DNA of 64,000 nucleotides from Alphaproteobacteria bacterium (GTDB lineage: Bacteria > Pseudomonadota > Alphaproteobacteria > UBA828), in assembly GCA_965220745.1 (NCBI GenBank), contig CBDCQT010000006.1, forward strand, positions 64,001-128,000, given 5' to 3'. A program made the translations under genes and the position numbers. Below are positions 46,763 to 56,883 of the stretch, one piece after another (position 1 is the stretch's first letter; each line of letters starts with the position of its first letter). The notes below the pieces were generated by a model, which saw only the letters and a program-made list of their open reading frames with translations, was not told the origin of the DNA and did no database searches.

Positions 46763-49700
46763 CTAGTCGCCCGTCGCAACACTGGCGGGGGCCGTCGGGT
46801 AGCTCTCCCGTCGCAAGAGCCAGCGGACGCCGTGCCGAAGATCCTCCACGATCATGTACAGCGACGGCATCAGCACCAGCGTCACGCCTGTTGCGAAGAG
46901 CACGCCGGCGGCCAGCGCCACTGCCATGGGAATCAGGAACTGCGCCTGCAGGCTCGATTCGAGCATGAGCGGCGTCACCCCGGCCGCGGTGGTCAGCGAA
47001 GTCAGGATAATCGGGCGGAAGCGAGCCTCACCCGCCAGTTGCACAGCCTGGGAGAGGCTTCCTGTCTTGCGGCCGTACGAGCTGATGAATGACGCCAGCA
47101 CCAGCCCGTCGTTGACCACGACCCCCGCCAGCGCGACCATCCCGCACATGGACAGGAAGCTGACTGGAAGCCCCAACAGCCAGTGGCCCCAGATCGCGCC
47201 CACCATGCCGAAGGGCACGGAACTGAGGATGATGAACGGACGCACGTAGCTCTTGAGCGGAATCGCCAGCATCGCGTACATGACGAACAGCGCCGCTCCA
47301 AAGCCTTGGAACAGGCCGTCCATGGATTCCGCGAACTGGACCTCTTCGCCTTCGAACGAGTACGTGAGACCGGGATAGCGCTCGACGAGCGCGGGCAAAA
47401 AGTCGGCCTCCAGTGCATCGACCAGAGTCTCGCTGGTGGTGACGCTCTCGTCGATGTCGGCTTGGACATTGATCGCACGCCGGCGGTCGACCCGCCTGAT
47501 CGCGGCCGCGCCGCGGCCCATGGTGGCAACCGCAACCGTCGAGAAGGGAACTTCGTCCCCGGCCGGAGTGCGCACGCGCATTTGCTCGAGGCTTGCGAGA
47601 GAGCGGCGATCCTGTGACGGGTAGCGCACCATCACGCGGACGTCGTCCCGGCCTCGCTGGATCCGCTGCGATTCCTCGCCGAAGAAGGCTTGGCGCACCT
47701 GTCTGCCCAGGTCTTGCAGGGTAAAGCCCAGATTGGCCCCCTCCTCGGTCAGGGCGAGCTGGATCTCGGGCTTGCCGCCGCGATGGGTGTCGGTGACGCC
47801 AACCACTCCCGGGTAGCCCGCCAGCTGGGCGCTCGTCAGTTCGACGATCTCCACCAGCGTGTCCGTGTCGGGATAGCTGTACTGCAGGTCGATCGCCTTG
47901 CCGCCGCCGAGCAGGTCGTGGGTGATCGTCACTTCCACCGCGCCCGGGATCTGGCCGATCTCTTCCCGCCAGCGGTTCGCCACTTCCGCGGCGGAGATCA
48001 GCCGATTCTCCGACTTCACCAGTTCCAGGTTGATCTCGCCTAGGTGTTCGTCTCGAGCGTTCTGAACATCAGCCATCGGGCCCGATTGCATCCTCCGGAA
48101 GGGCTGCTCTCCGATCGAGCTGACGATGTGTCTGATCTGATCTTGGCCCAGCTCGGCCGCTACCTCGCTCCGCACGGCCACTGCGCCCTCCAAGATGCGA
48201 TCCAAGGCCCTGGCCGTGACCTCCGCCGGCGAATCTTGCGGCATTGTCAGATAGGCCACCACGTTGTCCGCGTCAACATCGGGAAAGAGGACCATGCGGA
48301 TCTTTCCCGCGCCGGCCATGCCCGCGGTCAGCAGCACCGCGAACAGCCCGATCGACGCGGTTGCGTAGCGCCATTGCACGGCCCTGCGGATCACGGGCCG
48401 GTAGATCGCCCGGATGAACCACTCCATCGATCCGGAGAAGGCCCCGAAGAAGGCATCGACGGAGCGTTGGAAGGCATTCTTGGCTGCTCGCGGCGGCGCG
48501 GGCTTGGAGTGCGAAAGATGTCGCGGCAGGATAAGATTGGACTCCACGAGCGAGAAGAACAGGGTCGGCAGGATGATCATCGGGAAACCGACCGTAATCT
48601 TGCCCATGACGCCGGGCACGAACAGCATCGGCGCGAACGCAGCCATGGTCGTCAACACGCCGAACGTGACCGGCACCAGCACTTGAAGCGTTCCGCGCAC
48701 GGCGGCGCTGGTCCGCTTGCCCGTGCGCACCTGCGTGGTGTGGATGTTCTCGCCCACCACGATGGCGTCATCCACCACGATGCCGAGCACCAAGATGAAT
48801 GAAAACAGCGAGATCATGTTGATCGACTGGTCGAACAGCCCCATGCAGGCGATCGCGCCCAGGAACGAGACCGGAATGCCGAGCGTGACCCAGAACGCCA
48901 GGCGCAGGCGCAGAAACAGGGCCAGCACGACGAAGACCAGCACCAGCCCGGAAAAACCGTTCTTGACCAGCAGGTTGATGCGGCTCTCAAGCAGCGCCGC
49001 GCTGTCCTGCCAAGTGTCCATCGTGATGCCGTCGGGCATCGTCTGCGCCGCTCGCGCCACGTAGTCCTGGACCGCTTTCGAAACGGAGATCGCGCTTTGG
49101 TCGCCGATGCGATAGACCTGCACCTCGACCTTGGGCAGGCCGTCGAGCTTGCCCGCGACGGTCACGTCTTCAAACCCATCTACGACCGTTGCCACGTCGC
49201 TCAGCAGGATGCTGGTACCGTCGGGGCGCGTCAGCAGGGGCAGCCGCGCGTACTCGTCGCCGGAGTAGGCTTGCCCCTCGGTGCGCAGCAGCACCTCGCC
49301 AATCTCGGTCTTGACAGATCCGCCGGGAAGGTCGACCGAGTACCGGCGCACCGCGTTGGCGATGTCGTCGAAAGTCAGGCCCCAGCGTCGCAATGCCTCT
49401 TCGGACACCTCGATCGAGATCTCGTACGGCGGCGCGTTGAACAGCTCGGCCTGCGAGATCTCAGGCAGCGCGATGAGTTCGTCTCTGACCCTCTCGCCGA
49501 GCCTCTTCAGCATGGCGAGCTCCGCGTTGCCCGCTATGGCCACGTTGATGACTTGGAAGCGTGACGTGAGTTCACTGATGACCGGCTTCTCGACATCCTC
49601 TGGAAACGTGTCTATCGCGTCGACCTTGGTCTTCACATCCGTGAGGACTTCGCGCACGTCGTAGCCGGCGTGGACTTCGATCGTGACGGACCCGCGGCCT

Positions 49701-49960
49701 TCCATGGCCCGGGAACTGATCTCCTTGATGCCTTCGAGGTCTTGGACTGCCTCTTCCACCCGGACGCAGATCGCCTCTTCCACTTCCTGGGGCGCTGCAC
49801 CGCGATAGTCGGCGGTCACCGAGACGATGTCGAGCGAGAATTCAGGAAAGACCTCTTGCTTGAGATTTCCCACCGTGAGCAGGCCGGCCGCCGCGATGAC
49901 GACCAGCAGCAGGTTCGCGACAACGCCGTTGCGGGCGAACCAATATATGATGCCCCTCAT
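46763..49960 (-). CDS. RND efflux permease (AcrB/AcrD/AcrF family)
   Basis: GIVVDDAIVVGEN, GVVVNDGLVL, RFRPIILTSLTT; 1065 aa. Confidence 0.96.
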   Translation of the reverse strand: MRGIIYWFARNGVVANLLLVVIAAAGLLTVGNLKQEVFPEFSLDIVSVTADYRGAAPQEVEEAICVRVEEAVQDLEGIKEISSRAMEGRGSVTIEVHAGYDVREVLTDVKTKVDAIDTFPEDVEKPVISELTSRFQVINVAIAGNAELAMLKRLGERVRDELIALPEISQAELFNAPPYEISIEVSEEALRRWGLTFDDIANAVRRYSVDLPGGSVKTEIGEVLLRTEGQAYSGDEYARLPLLTRPDGTSILLSDVATVVDGFEDVTVAGKLDGLPKVEVQVYRIGDQSAISVSKAVQDYVARAAQTMPDGITMDTWQDSAALLESRINLLVKNGFSGLVLVFVVLALFLRLRLAFWVTLGIPVSFLGAIACMGLFDQSINMISLFSFILVLGIVVDDAIVVGENIHTTQVRTGKRTSAAVRGTLQVLVPVTFGVLTTMAAFAPMLFVPGVMGKITVGFPMIILPTLFFSLVESNLILPRHLSHSKPAPPRAAKNAFQRSVDAFFGAFSGSMEWFIRAIYRPVIRRAVQWRYATASIGLFAVLLTAGMAGAGKIRMVLFPDVDADNVVAYLTMPQDSPAEVTARALDRILEGAVAVRSEVAAELGQDQIRHIVSSIGEQPFRRMQSGPMADVQNARDEHLGEINLELVKSENRLISAAEVANRWREEIGQIPGAVEVTITHDLLGGGKAIDLQYSYPDTDTLVEIVELTSAQLAGYPGVVGVTDTHRGGKPEIQLALTEEGANLGFTLQDLGRQVRQAFFGEESQRIQRGRDDVRVMVRYPSQDRRSLASLEQMRVRTPAGDEVPFSTVAVATMGRGAAAIRRVDRRRAINVQADIDESVTTSETLVDALEADFLPALVERYPGLTYSFEGEEVQFAESMDGLFQGFGAALFVMYAMLAIPLKSYVRPFIILSSVPFGMVGAIWGHWLLGLPVSFLSMCGMVALAGVVVNDGLVLASFISSYGRKTGSLSQAVQLAGEARFRPIILTSLTTAAGVTPLMLESSLQAQFLIPMAVALAAGVLFATGVTLVLMPSLYMIVEDLRHGVRWLLRRESYPTAPASVATGD

Positions 49961-51147
49961 GCGCCGCCCGTCAGGCTCTCGTCCATGATGCGGACTCTCA
50001 TGCCGTCCACCGCGGCTTCTAGCGGGGAAGTGCAGACCCGCTCGCCGGACTCAAGCCCGTCGCGGATCAATACGGTCTCGCGCTCGCTCCGGAACACGTC
50101 GATCGTCCGGAAGCGCAGCGTGCCGTCGCCTTCAACGACGTACACGGTGTCCTCGCCGCGCAGCACGGAGCGCGGCAGGCGCACCATGTCGCGCACGCGC
50201 TTGCCTTGGATCTCTGCGCGGACGAACATGCCCACCGCCAGCGGCGGCTGCGCGGAACCCCGCTCCCGCCCGTACGGATCCTTCACCTGCGCGATGGCAT
50301 TGATCATGCGGGTGCGTGCGTCGATCTCGCCTTCGGTCCGCACGATGCGTCCGTCCCACGCGTAGTCTGCGCCCCCGAAACGCGCCGTGAGGCGCACTCG
50401 CGGCCCGGACGGGGCGGAGTCCGCGTCCCGGAATCCCAGGGGCAGGTTGCAATACTGCAGCTCCGCGTTCGGGATCGGCAGCCGCACTTCGGCCACGTCC
50501 ACCGGGTAGACCTGCCCCAGGTTCATGCCGCGCTGCACGAACTGGCCGAGATCGACCTGCTTGGACCTCACGCGGCCTGCGAACGGCGCCCGCAGGGCCG
50601 TGCGTTCCAAGTTGTCCCGTGCCTGCTCGAGCACCGCTTCGGCCGCGACGAGACTGGCCTTCGCTTCGGCGATCTGCGGCTCGCGAAAAAGTAGCGGGGA
50701 CGGCTCTCCCTCGCCAGCCTCTTCCCACTCGCTCTTGGCGACTTCAGCTTGCTGTTGCTCCAGTGCCACTCGCAGCTTGCCTTGCTCTACGGCGGCCAGG
50801 GCTTGCGTGATCGCCAGTTCATAGTCGCGAGGGTCTACCCGCAGCAGCACCTCGTCCTTGGAGAAGAATCCTCCTGGCACCAGCGCGGTCGATATCTCGA
50901 CGACCTTGCCGGAGACTTCCGGGATCAGCTGTGCCTCGGAACGCGGCGCGACCGTGCCCTCGGTGGTCACGACCAGCGTCATGGACGCCGGCTCCGCCGG
51001 GATCACCCGCACGAGCGGCGGCTCGACAACCAGCGGCTGGGGCGTCGGTTCCTCGTACGAATCGATCAGGGCCTTGGCAATCAGGCCCCCAAGCGCGAGG
51101 ATGGCGACAGGCAGGATGCCCATCAGGGCTGTTCGTGGATTGATCAT
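49957..51147 (-). CDS. RND periplasmic adaptor (membrane fusion protein)
   Basis: N-terminal TM, EVSGKVV, LRAPFAGRV, GMFVRAEIQG; 4-nt overlap with the permease gene. Confidence 0.95.
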   Translation of the reverse strand: MINPRTALMGILPVAILALGGLIAKALIDSYEEPTPQPLVVEPPLVRVIPAEPASMTLVVTTEGTVAPRSEAQLIPEVSGKVVEISTALVPGGFFSKDEVLLRVDPRDYELAITQALAAVEQGKLRVALEQQQAEVAKSEWEEAGEGEPSPLLFREPQIAEAKASLVAAEAVLEQARDNLERTALRAPFAGRVRSKQVDLGQFVQRGMNLGQVYPVDVAEVRLPIPNAELQYCNLPLGFRDADSAPSGPRVRLTARFGGADYAWDGRIVRTEGEIDARTRMINAIAQVKDPYGRERGSAQPPLAVGMFVRAEIQGKRVRDMVRLPRSVLRGEDTVYVVEGDGTLRFRTIDVFRSERETVLIRDGLESGERVCTSPLEAAVDGMRVRIMDESLTGGA

Positions 51148-51158
51148 CAGCTTGTCCG

Positions 51159-52604
51159 TCAGGGTGTTGGCTGCGCGTACGCCGGGCCGGCATTGGCGGG
51201 ATCGCCGTCAAAGCCGCCCCCCAGCGCGAGGTGGAGGTCGACGCGGTTGTCGATCTGCGCGCGCTGCAGCCCGAGCATCACGCTCTCGTTTTCCAAGGTC
51301 GCCCGGCGCAGATTGAGCACCGAGAAGACCTCTCCCAAGGCTGCTCGGTAGCGCCGTTCGGCGACCTTGACCGCCGTGCGCGTCTTGGCGTGGGACGCGC
51401 GCAGGGACATCTCTTGGTCGCGCAGCGCCGCTTCCGCGGCCAAGGCGGTCTCGATCTCCCTGTAGGCGGTCCAGACGCGCGCTTGGTAGAGCGCTTCCTG
51501 CTCGATCGCCCGCTCTTCGGTGATCCTTACGTTGGCCTTGAGCCGGCCGCGGTTGAAGATCGGCTGGGCCAGGCCGAGGGCGTAGTTCCAGACTTGCAGG
51601 TTGGGATTGACCAGGTCGGCCAGGGTGTTGCTCGACGTGCCGAGGCCTGAAGTCAGCGCGAAGCTCGGGCGCAAGGTCGCCCGGGCCTGCACGATGCGGG
51701 CGTCAGCTGCCAGCAAGGCCTGTTCGGCGGCGATCAGATCCGGGCGGCGGTGGACGAGTTCGGACGGCAATCCGGCGGGCACCTGTTCCGGCAAGGCGGC
51801 CAGTTCGGCGGTCACCGAGAGTTCGCCGGCCGGATATTGGCAGGTCAGTGTCTCGGTCTGGCGCACGAAGGCGTCGCGCGCCTGCCGGCGCTGCCGCAGC
51901 GCCGAGCTGGCCCGGGCAACGTCAGCCTCGGCCAGCCGCACGTCCGTGAGCGAGCCGGTGCCGGCTTGGAAGCGGGCCTGCCGCCGCTCGGCGATAGTCT
52001 CGAGATTCGCGAGCACCTGCTCGGCGATGGCGATCTGGCGCTGGGCCTCGACCGCGGCGAACCAAGCCTTCGCCACCTGCGCGCTCAGGGACAGGCGCGC
52101 ACCGAGCAGTTCCGCTTCGCGCATGCGGGCGTTGGCCTCGGCGGCGAGCTTGTCCGCCGCGATGCGGTTCCAAATGTCAGCCTCCCAAGCGACGTTGAAC
52201 GACAGCCCGGCATTGCTGAACGTGTTGCTCAGCACGCGGTCCCTAAGGCCTGGAAATGGCAGGCCGACAAAATTCTGTCGCTGGCGGATGCGGTTGATCC
52301 CGAGGCTCAGTTCAGGCCTGTCAGCGGCGCCGGCGATGACTCGCTCCTGGGACGCCACCCGGATCCGCGCCGACGCTGCTCGCAGGTCCTCGCTGCACGC
52401 CAAGGCCCGCTCGATGGCTGCGTCCAGTCCCGGGTCGCCGAAGTATGCCCACCATTTCGCGGAGGCGGCCGGGGCGGTCGTCTCGGCCGCGTGCCAGTGG
52501 TCCGGCACCGGCACCCGCAGGTCGTGCACGGGGATCGGCACCGGCTTGGAGCATGCGCCCAGCGCCAGCCCGACGGCCACGAATAGGTGCGGAGCGCGCG
52601 TCAT
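51159..52604 (-). CDS. Outer-membrane efflux lipoprotein (TolC/OprM family)
   Basis: Lipobox LALGAC, WEADIW, PSELVHRRPDLIAAE, LHLALGGG. Confidence 0.95.
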   Translation of the reverse strand: MTRAPHLFVAVGLALGACSKPVPIPVHDLRVPVPDHWHAAETTAPAASAKWWAYFGDPGLDAAIERALACSEDLRAASARIRVASQERVIAGAADRPELSLGINRIRQRQNFVGLPFPGLRDRVLSNTFSNAGLSFNVAWEADIWNRIAADKLAAEANARMREAELLGARLSLSAQVAKAWFAAVEAQRQIAIAEQVLANLETIAERRQARFQAGTGSLTDVRLAEADVARASSALRQRRQARDAFVRQTETLTCQYPAGELSVTAELAALPEQVPAGLPSELVHRRPDLIAAEQALLAADARIVQARATLRPSFALTSGLGTSSNTLADLVNPNLQVWNYALGLAQPIFNRGRLKANVRITEERAIEQEALYQARVWTAYREIETALAAEAALRDQEMSLRASHAKTRTAVKVAERRYRAALGEVFSVLNLRRATLENESVMLGLQRAQIDNRVDLHLALGGGFDGDPANAGPAYAQPTP

Positions 52605-53284
52605 TGGGCGACCTCCGCATGAGCGGAAAGTCCCGCGATCGCACCCGCGGGGAACTGCGCTGCGGGCGCGCTTCGCATTCCGGCTGCCACGAATCGCACC
52701 ATGGCATCCAGCGTAGCCTTGTCGCTGTCGCTGGCCTCGGGACCAAGTCTGGGCAAGCAGGTTCTCGTCGGATTGAGCAAGGTATGCACCATCACGCCGA
52801 TCGCGAAGTGCAGCCGCAGGCCCACCTCCTCCTCGCCGAGTTCGGGCAAGGCGCGCTGGAACGCCTCGTGGAAGCGGGACAGGACTTGCGAGAACTCCTC
52901 GCGGAATGTCGACTCCAGATATTCCGCCGGTTCGGAGTAGAACCGAGCGCAGAGGCGCATGAAATCATAGCCGCGCTGGGGCTCTCGCGCCAGCCGCAGG
53001 GCGGGCGCGAACAAGGCCGTGAGCAGCTCTTCCACGGATGGCTGCCCGCGTTCTTGGTACGTGTCCAGAAGCTGGATGCGTTCCCGGTTGACAGGCCGGA
53101 TGCGCCGAGCGAAGACCGCCTTGGTGACCTCCTCCTTGGAGCCGAAATGGTAGTGTGCCGCGGCGATGTTCACGCCCGCCTCCGCCGTTAGCGAACGCAG
53201 GGACACGCCATCGACGCCCTTCTCGCTGAAGAGCCTCTCGGCAGTGTCAAGGATCAGTTCCTTGGTCTCCTTGGCGTTCGGCAT
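52601..53284 (-). CDS. TetR-family transcriptional regulator
   Basis: TKELILDTAERLFSEKGVDGVSLRSLTAEAGVNIAAAHYHFGSKE; ATG at 53284 preferred over TTG at 53296. Confidence 0.95.
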   Translation of the reverse strand: MPNAKETKELILDTAERLFSEKGVDGVSLRSLTAEAGVNIAAAHYHFGSKEEVTKAVFARRIRPVNRERIQLLDTYQERGQPSVEELLTALFAPALRLAREPQRGYDFMRLCARFYSEPAEYLESTFREEFSQVLSRFHEAFQRALPELGEEEVGLRLHFAIGVMVHTLLNPTRTCLPRLGPEASDSDKATLDAMVRFVAAGMRSAPAAQFPAGAIAGLSAHAEVAQ

Positions 53285-53290
53285 GGATTC

Positions 53291-53307
53291 AATCAAACGT
53301 TTGAATT
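53291..53307. promoter_or_regulatory. Palindromic putative TetR operator AATCAAACGTTTGAATT
   Basis: Perfect 12-bp core TCAAACGTTTGA at 53293-53304, just upstream of the TetR ATG and adjacent to a TAGAAT -10-like hexamer (minus strand). Confidence 0.65.
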
Positions 53308-53562
53308 AATTCTACGCACAGAAGACAGCGACTGTCAAGCGCTACCGCCTGAAGGGCGAAAGAATGATGCGTACGGCCCGCGTGGCGGGGATTGTTGTTG
53401 ATGGATCTCGCCCGTCAACGCAGAGATGGTGTAGACGGATTCGGGGCGCTTGCTCGCCGCTTTAGGTGTGTGCGGATCTCAACGGATCGCCTACATTCGG
53501 TGGGGCCTCAGCGGGCATTCGAAGGACGCTTGAACGGCACCGATGACGAAATGGCCAGAACG

Positions 53563-53904
53563 CTAGCGCCGCAGGTATTCGGTGAGGATTGAGGGGGGCG
53601 GGGGTGGGGGGCCCGGCATCTCGACCGGGCCAATCGTCCTAATGGTCCTGACGGCCTCGTTCGCCCCATCGATCCAGAACCACGCAGTGATCCAGATTGC
53701 CGAAGCGGCCAACAAGATTGCGGCCCGGAGCCGGGTCGTCAGCCAAAGGAAGCGCATCGGGCGGAATAGCGCAACGATGCACGGAATCACCACGACAGCC
53801 AAGACCAACCCGTCCGATAGCTGCTTGGCGACCACGAGCAGGACAATGCTCTCGGGGGACAGGGAGATCACCCACTTCTCGAACGCAGTCAGGTTGTCGT
53901 ACAT
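53563..53904 (-). CDS. Hypothetical membrane protein with a C-terminal poly-Pro stretch
   Basis: Two or three hydrophobic helices; GPPPPPP. Confidence 0.55.
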   Translation of the reverse strand: MYDNLTAFEKWVISLSPESIVLLVVAKQLSDGLVLAVVVIPCIVALFRPMRFLWLTTRLRAAILLAASAIWITAWFWIDGANEAVRTIRTIGPVEMPGPPPPPPSILTEYLRR

Positions 53905-54273
53905 CGGGCTAACAGCTTACACGCCAGAATCACCCCCATATCCATCCGCAAAATTTCTGCATTGCTATACGCAGAAGTTCCGCAGCCTACAGTCAGCCTG
54001 CGCCGCAGAACGGTCATAGGGCGGAGGAGTGCTCGCATGTCAGCCATCCCGCGCTCTGTCAGCCAGTCGAGCCTAGATCTCGCGGGTGCGGGCGCCCAAA
54101 AAGCCCCCGCAGCTTCGTCCGAACGATCGTTGGGCGGATCTGAGGATGTCCCGGGACCTGCCTGTTTCCGGACGCGAGCGGGGAAGCGGCAAGTCTCGGC
54201 CTTGCCGGCTCGTTCGGGGAAAGGACCGCCAAGGGACTGACTGGAGGGATTGCCACTAGCGCAGCGGACCGTC

Positions 54274-54708
54274 TCAGCTTCCGGATAGATCGTGGTTGAT
54301 TTGCCAGTTCACGCCGAACCTGTCGGTGAGAGATCCGAAATAGGAGCCCCAGAAAGTGTCCTGCAGGGGCATCGTCACCGATCCGCCGTCCGACAGCCTC
54401 GCGAACGTGCTGTCGGCCTCTTCCCGGCTGCCCGCGTGGACAGTGATGGAAAAATTGTTGCCGATCACGGCGGGCGGCCCGAAGGTCGGGGCAGTGTCGC
54501 TGCCCATCAGGACGCTGGAGCCGACAGGCAGCGAAACGTGCATGATGCGGTCCAGATATTCCTCCGGCACGCCCATCTCCGGCGGACCGTCCCTAAACGT
54601 CTGGACTATCCGGAAGTCGCCCCCGAGGGCCGAGCGATAGAACTCGAAGGCCTCGCGGCAATTGCCGTCGAACTTGAGATAAGTGTCGAGCTTCATGGTT
54701 GCTTCCAT
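54274..54708 (-). CDS. VOC/PhnB-family (glyoxalase-like) protein
   Basis: YLKFDGNCREAFEFY, IMH, LMGSD, MPLQDTFWGSYFGSLTDRFGVNW. Start at 54708 or 54696. Confidence 0.93.
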   Translation of the reverse strand: MEATMKLDTYLKFDGNCREAFEFYRSALGGDFRIVQTFRDGPPEMGVPEEYLDRIMHVSLPVGSSVLMGSDTAPTFGPPAVIGNNFSITVHAGSREEADSTFARLSDGGSVTMPLQDTFWGSYFGSLTDRFGVNWQINHDLSGS

Positions 54709-54953
54709 CGTCGCATGAGCCGCTCTCGCCTTTTGTGCGGGCCACGGGCGTCGTGCCGATTCTTGCTTCGGGGGGGCAGCCCGGGATGGGCCGGAATTCG
54801 TTCCGGCATCGAACCGGAGGAACCCACGAACGTCTCGGGTGCCCGATTACGCGCGGCTACCTAGCCTTCTTGTGCTTCGACGGCAGGCCCGCGAGCGGCT
54901 GAGATCCCTGCTTCCGGAATTGGACTACGCGTGCGCGGCGCTGGGGCGGGGCA

Positions 54954-55955
54954 TCACTCCGCGCGCGCATCCGCCCTGTCCTCAGCCCGGGCGCCGCTGA
55001 GAGCGTTGACCATCGCGTAGTTCCCCTCGTGACAGGCGTACTCGTAAATCTTGTAGTCGGTCAGGCGCGGCATGGACCGCACGGCGCTCCAAGGCTGCGT
55101 ATAGGTCGCAGGATCATCGATGGAGAATTCGTTGAGGATCGTGTCTTCAGCGACCCGCGTGAAGCGTTCCACCGCTCGCAGGTCCTTGGACGACGGGAAC
55201 CGGTGGTGCGTCTTGTCGCTGAAGTTGCCGGTCTCTACAACCAGCGTGTCACCCTCCCAGCGACCGCGCGAATCGCCGTTCCACTGGCGGATGTGTTCGC
55301 CCAGGCGCGGCCGCCCGTCGAGCGGGATGATGCGCACGTCGTGGATGTTCTCGACCAAGATCGCCACGTAGTCTGGCGTCTGGACGATCAGATAGGTGTT
55401 GTTGTATCCGGTGGACACCGGCGGTACGCCGTGGTACGTGATGCACCGCATCCAAGGGGTGAAGTTGAGCCACGAGTCGGGCCGCCCGCTATAGCGACGC
55501 GACCTGTCGGCGGCTCGCGCCTTCCCTTGCGGCGTTAGCGGGGGCAGGCGTCCGTTGGGCGGATCGACGATCAGCGAGGTCCGCGAACTCGGGTCCACGC
55601 GCCCCTTGTCGAACCAGTGCGCGTTGTAGGAACCGATCACTCCAGGGACATGCGGGCGCTCCGCATGGGCCGCCTCGTTGCGGGCGACGGCCTCTTCCGC
55701 GGTAAAGAACTCCCGCTCGCGAAACTGGGTCGGCCGCTGGAGCGGCGTGAGCGAGGCGTAGGACCAAGTGCCTCGCAGGTCCGGGTCGCCCCACGCAGTG
55801 CGCGGCATCTCCCATGCCTCGCGGCTTGCCTGATCTCCGGCTGCGGGCGCCGGCTCGGCCGCGGCGGATTGAGCGCCTAGCGGCGCGGCCGCCAGCCAAG
55901 TCGCCAAGACGGGCAGCAAGAAGGCGCGGTGTGCGGCAGAGGGAAGGCTGTTCAT
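54954..55955 (-). CDS. Conserved hypothetical secreted protein
   Basis: Signal peptide, PRTAWGDPDLRGTW, TSLIVDPPNGRLP, GDSRGRWEGDTLVVET, YEYACHEGN. Start placed at ATG 55955. Confidence 0.85.
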   Translation of the reverse strand: MNSLPSAAHRAFLLPVLATWLAAAPLGAQSAAAEPAPAAGDQASREAWEMPRTAWGDPDLRGTWSYASLTPLQRPTQFREREFFTAEEAVARNEAAHAERPHVPGVIGSYNAHWFDKGRVDPSSRTSLIVDPPNGRLPPLTPQGKARAADRSRRYSGRPDSWLNFTPWMRCITYHGVPPVSTGYNNTYLIVQTPDYVAILVENIHDVRIIPLDGRPRLGEHIRQWNGDSRGRWEGDTLVVETGNFSDKTHHRFPSSKDLRAVERFTRVAEDTILNEFSIDDPATYTQPWSAVRSMPRLTDYKIYEYACHEGNYAMVNALSGARAEDRADARAE

Positions 55956-56103
55956 GAGATCCTGCCAGATTGCATCCAGAGTTTCGCACCAGCGGAGGCG
56001 GGTTTGCAAGGGCTTGAGAGCAACCCAGCAAGATCGAACTGTCCGCGCCGGGCCACTGCCACGATGTTGGAATGATGGCAGCCGATCGGCTGTCCCGGCG
56101 ATG

Positions 56104-56883
56104 CTACGCGGCCGGAGCCGCTGGCGGGGCTGCCTTGGTACTGCGACTGCCGGACGCTGCCCGATCGTCCGTGGGCCCGATGACCAGCACGAATTCGCCC
56201 TTTTGTGACGGCCGGGCCGACAGCGCCTCGAGAACGGAGTTGGCCGGCCCGCGCAGGACTTCCTCGTGCAGCTTGGTCAGTTCCCGGGCTATGGCGATCC
56301 TGCGCGAGCCCCCCAGCAGCTCGCAGGTGTCGGCCACCGCCGCGAGGATGCGGTGCGGTGCTTCGTAGAAGACGGTCGAGCTGTCGGATCGTTCTAGCGA
56401 TCGGATCGCCGCTCTGCGCTTCGCGCTCTTCGATGGCAGAAAGCCCTTGAACGCGAAGTCGTGAGAGGGCAGCCCCGAGACGGACAGCGCCGCCACGGCG
56501 GCGCTGGGACCTGGAACGGGCACGACCCGGACCCCGCGATCGATGGCGGCCCGAACTACCCGAAAACCCGGATCCGCGATCAGGGGCGTGCCCGCGTCGC
56601 TGACCAGCGCGATGGATTCTCCGGCCGCGGCGCGTTCGGCCAATTCGGTCGCGCGCCGGGCCTCGTTGTGATCGTGGCAGCTGACCAGCGGCTTGCTGAT
56701 CTGGAAGTGCTTCAACAGGCGGCCGGTGCGGCGCGTGTCCTCGCAGGCGACGAGGCTGACTTCGCCCAGGATCCGCAACGCGCGCAAGGTGATGTCTTCT
56801 AGGTTGCCGAGCGGCGTGGCGACCAAATAGATCACGCCCGCTGCGGCGGCTCCCCCGCTCTGCCCTGCGTCAAGATTGCTCAC
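56104..56883 (-). CDS. rsmI: 16S rRNA (cytidine1402-2'-O)-methyltransferase
   Basis: YLVATPLGNLEDITLRA, CEDTRRT, LVSDAGTPLIADPG, FYEAPHRI, ARELTKLHEE. GTG start overlaps the upstream TGA. Confidence 0.95.
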   Translation of the reverse strand: MSNLDAGQSGGAAAAGVIYLVATPLGNLEDITLRALRILGEVSLVACEDTRRTGRLLKHFQISKPLVSCHDHNEARRATELAERAAAGESIALVSDAGTPLIADPGFRVVRAAIDRGVRVVPVPGPSAAVAALSVSGLPSHDFAFKGFLPSKSAKRRAAIRSLERSDSSTVFYEAPHRILAAVADTCELLGGSRRIAIARELTKLHEEVLRGPANSVLEALSARPSQKGEFVLVIGPTDDRAASGSRSTKAAPPAAPAA

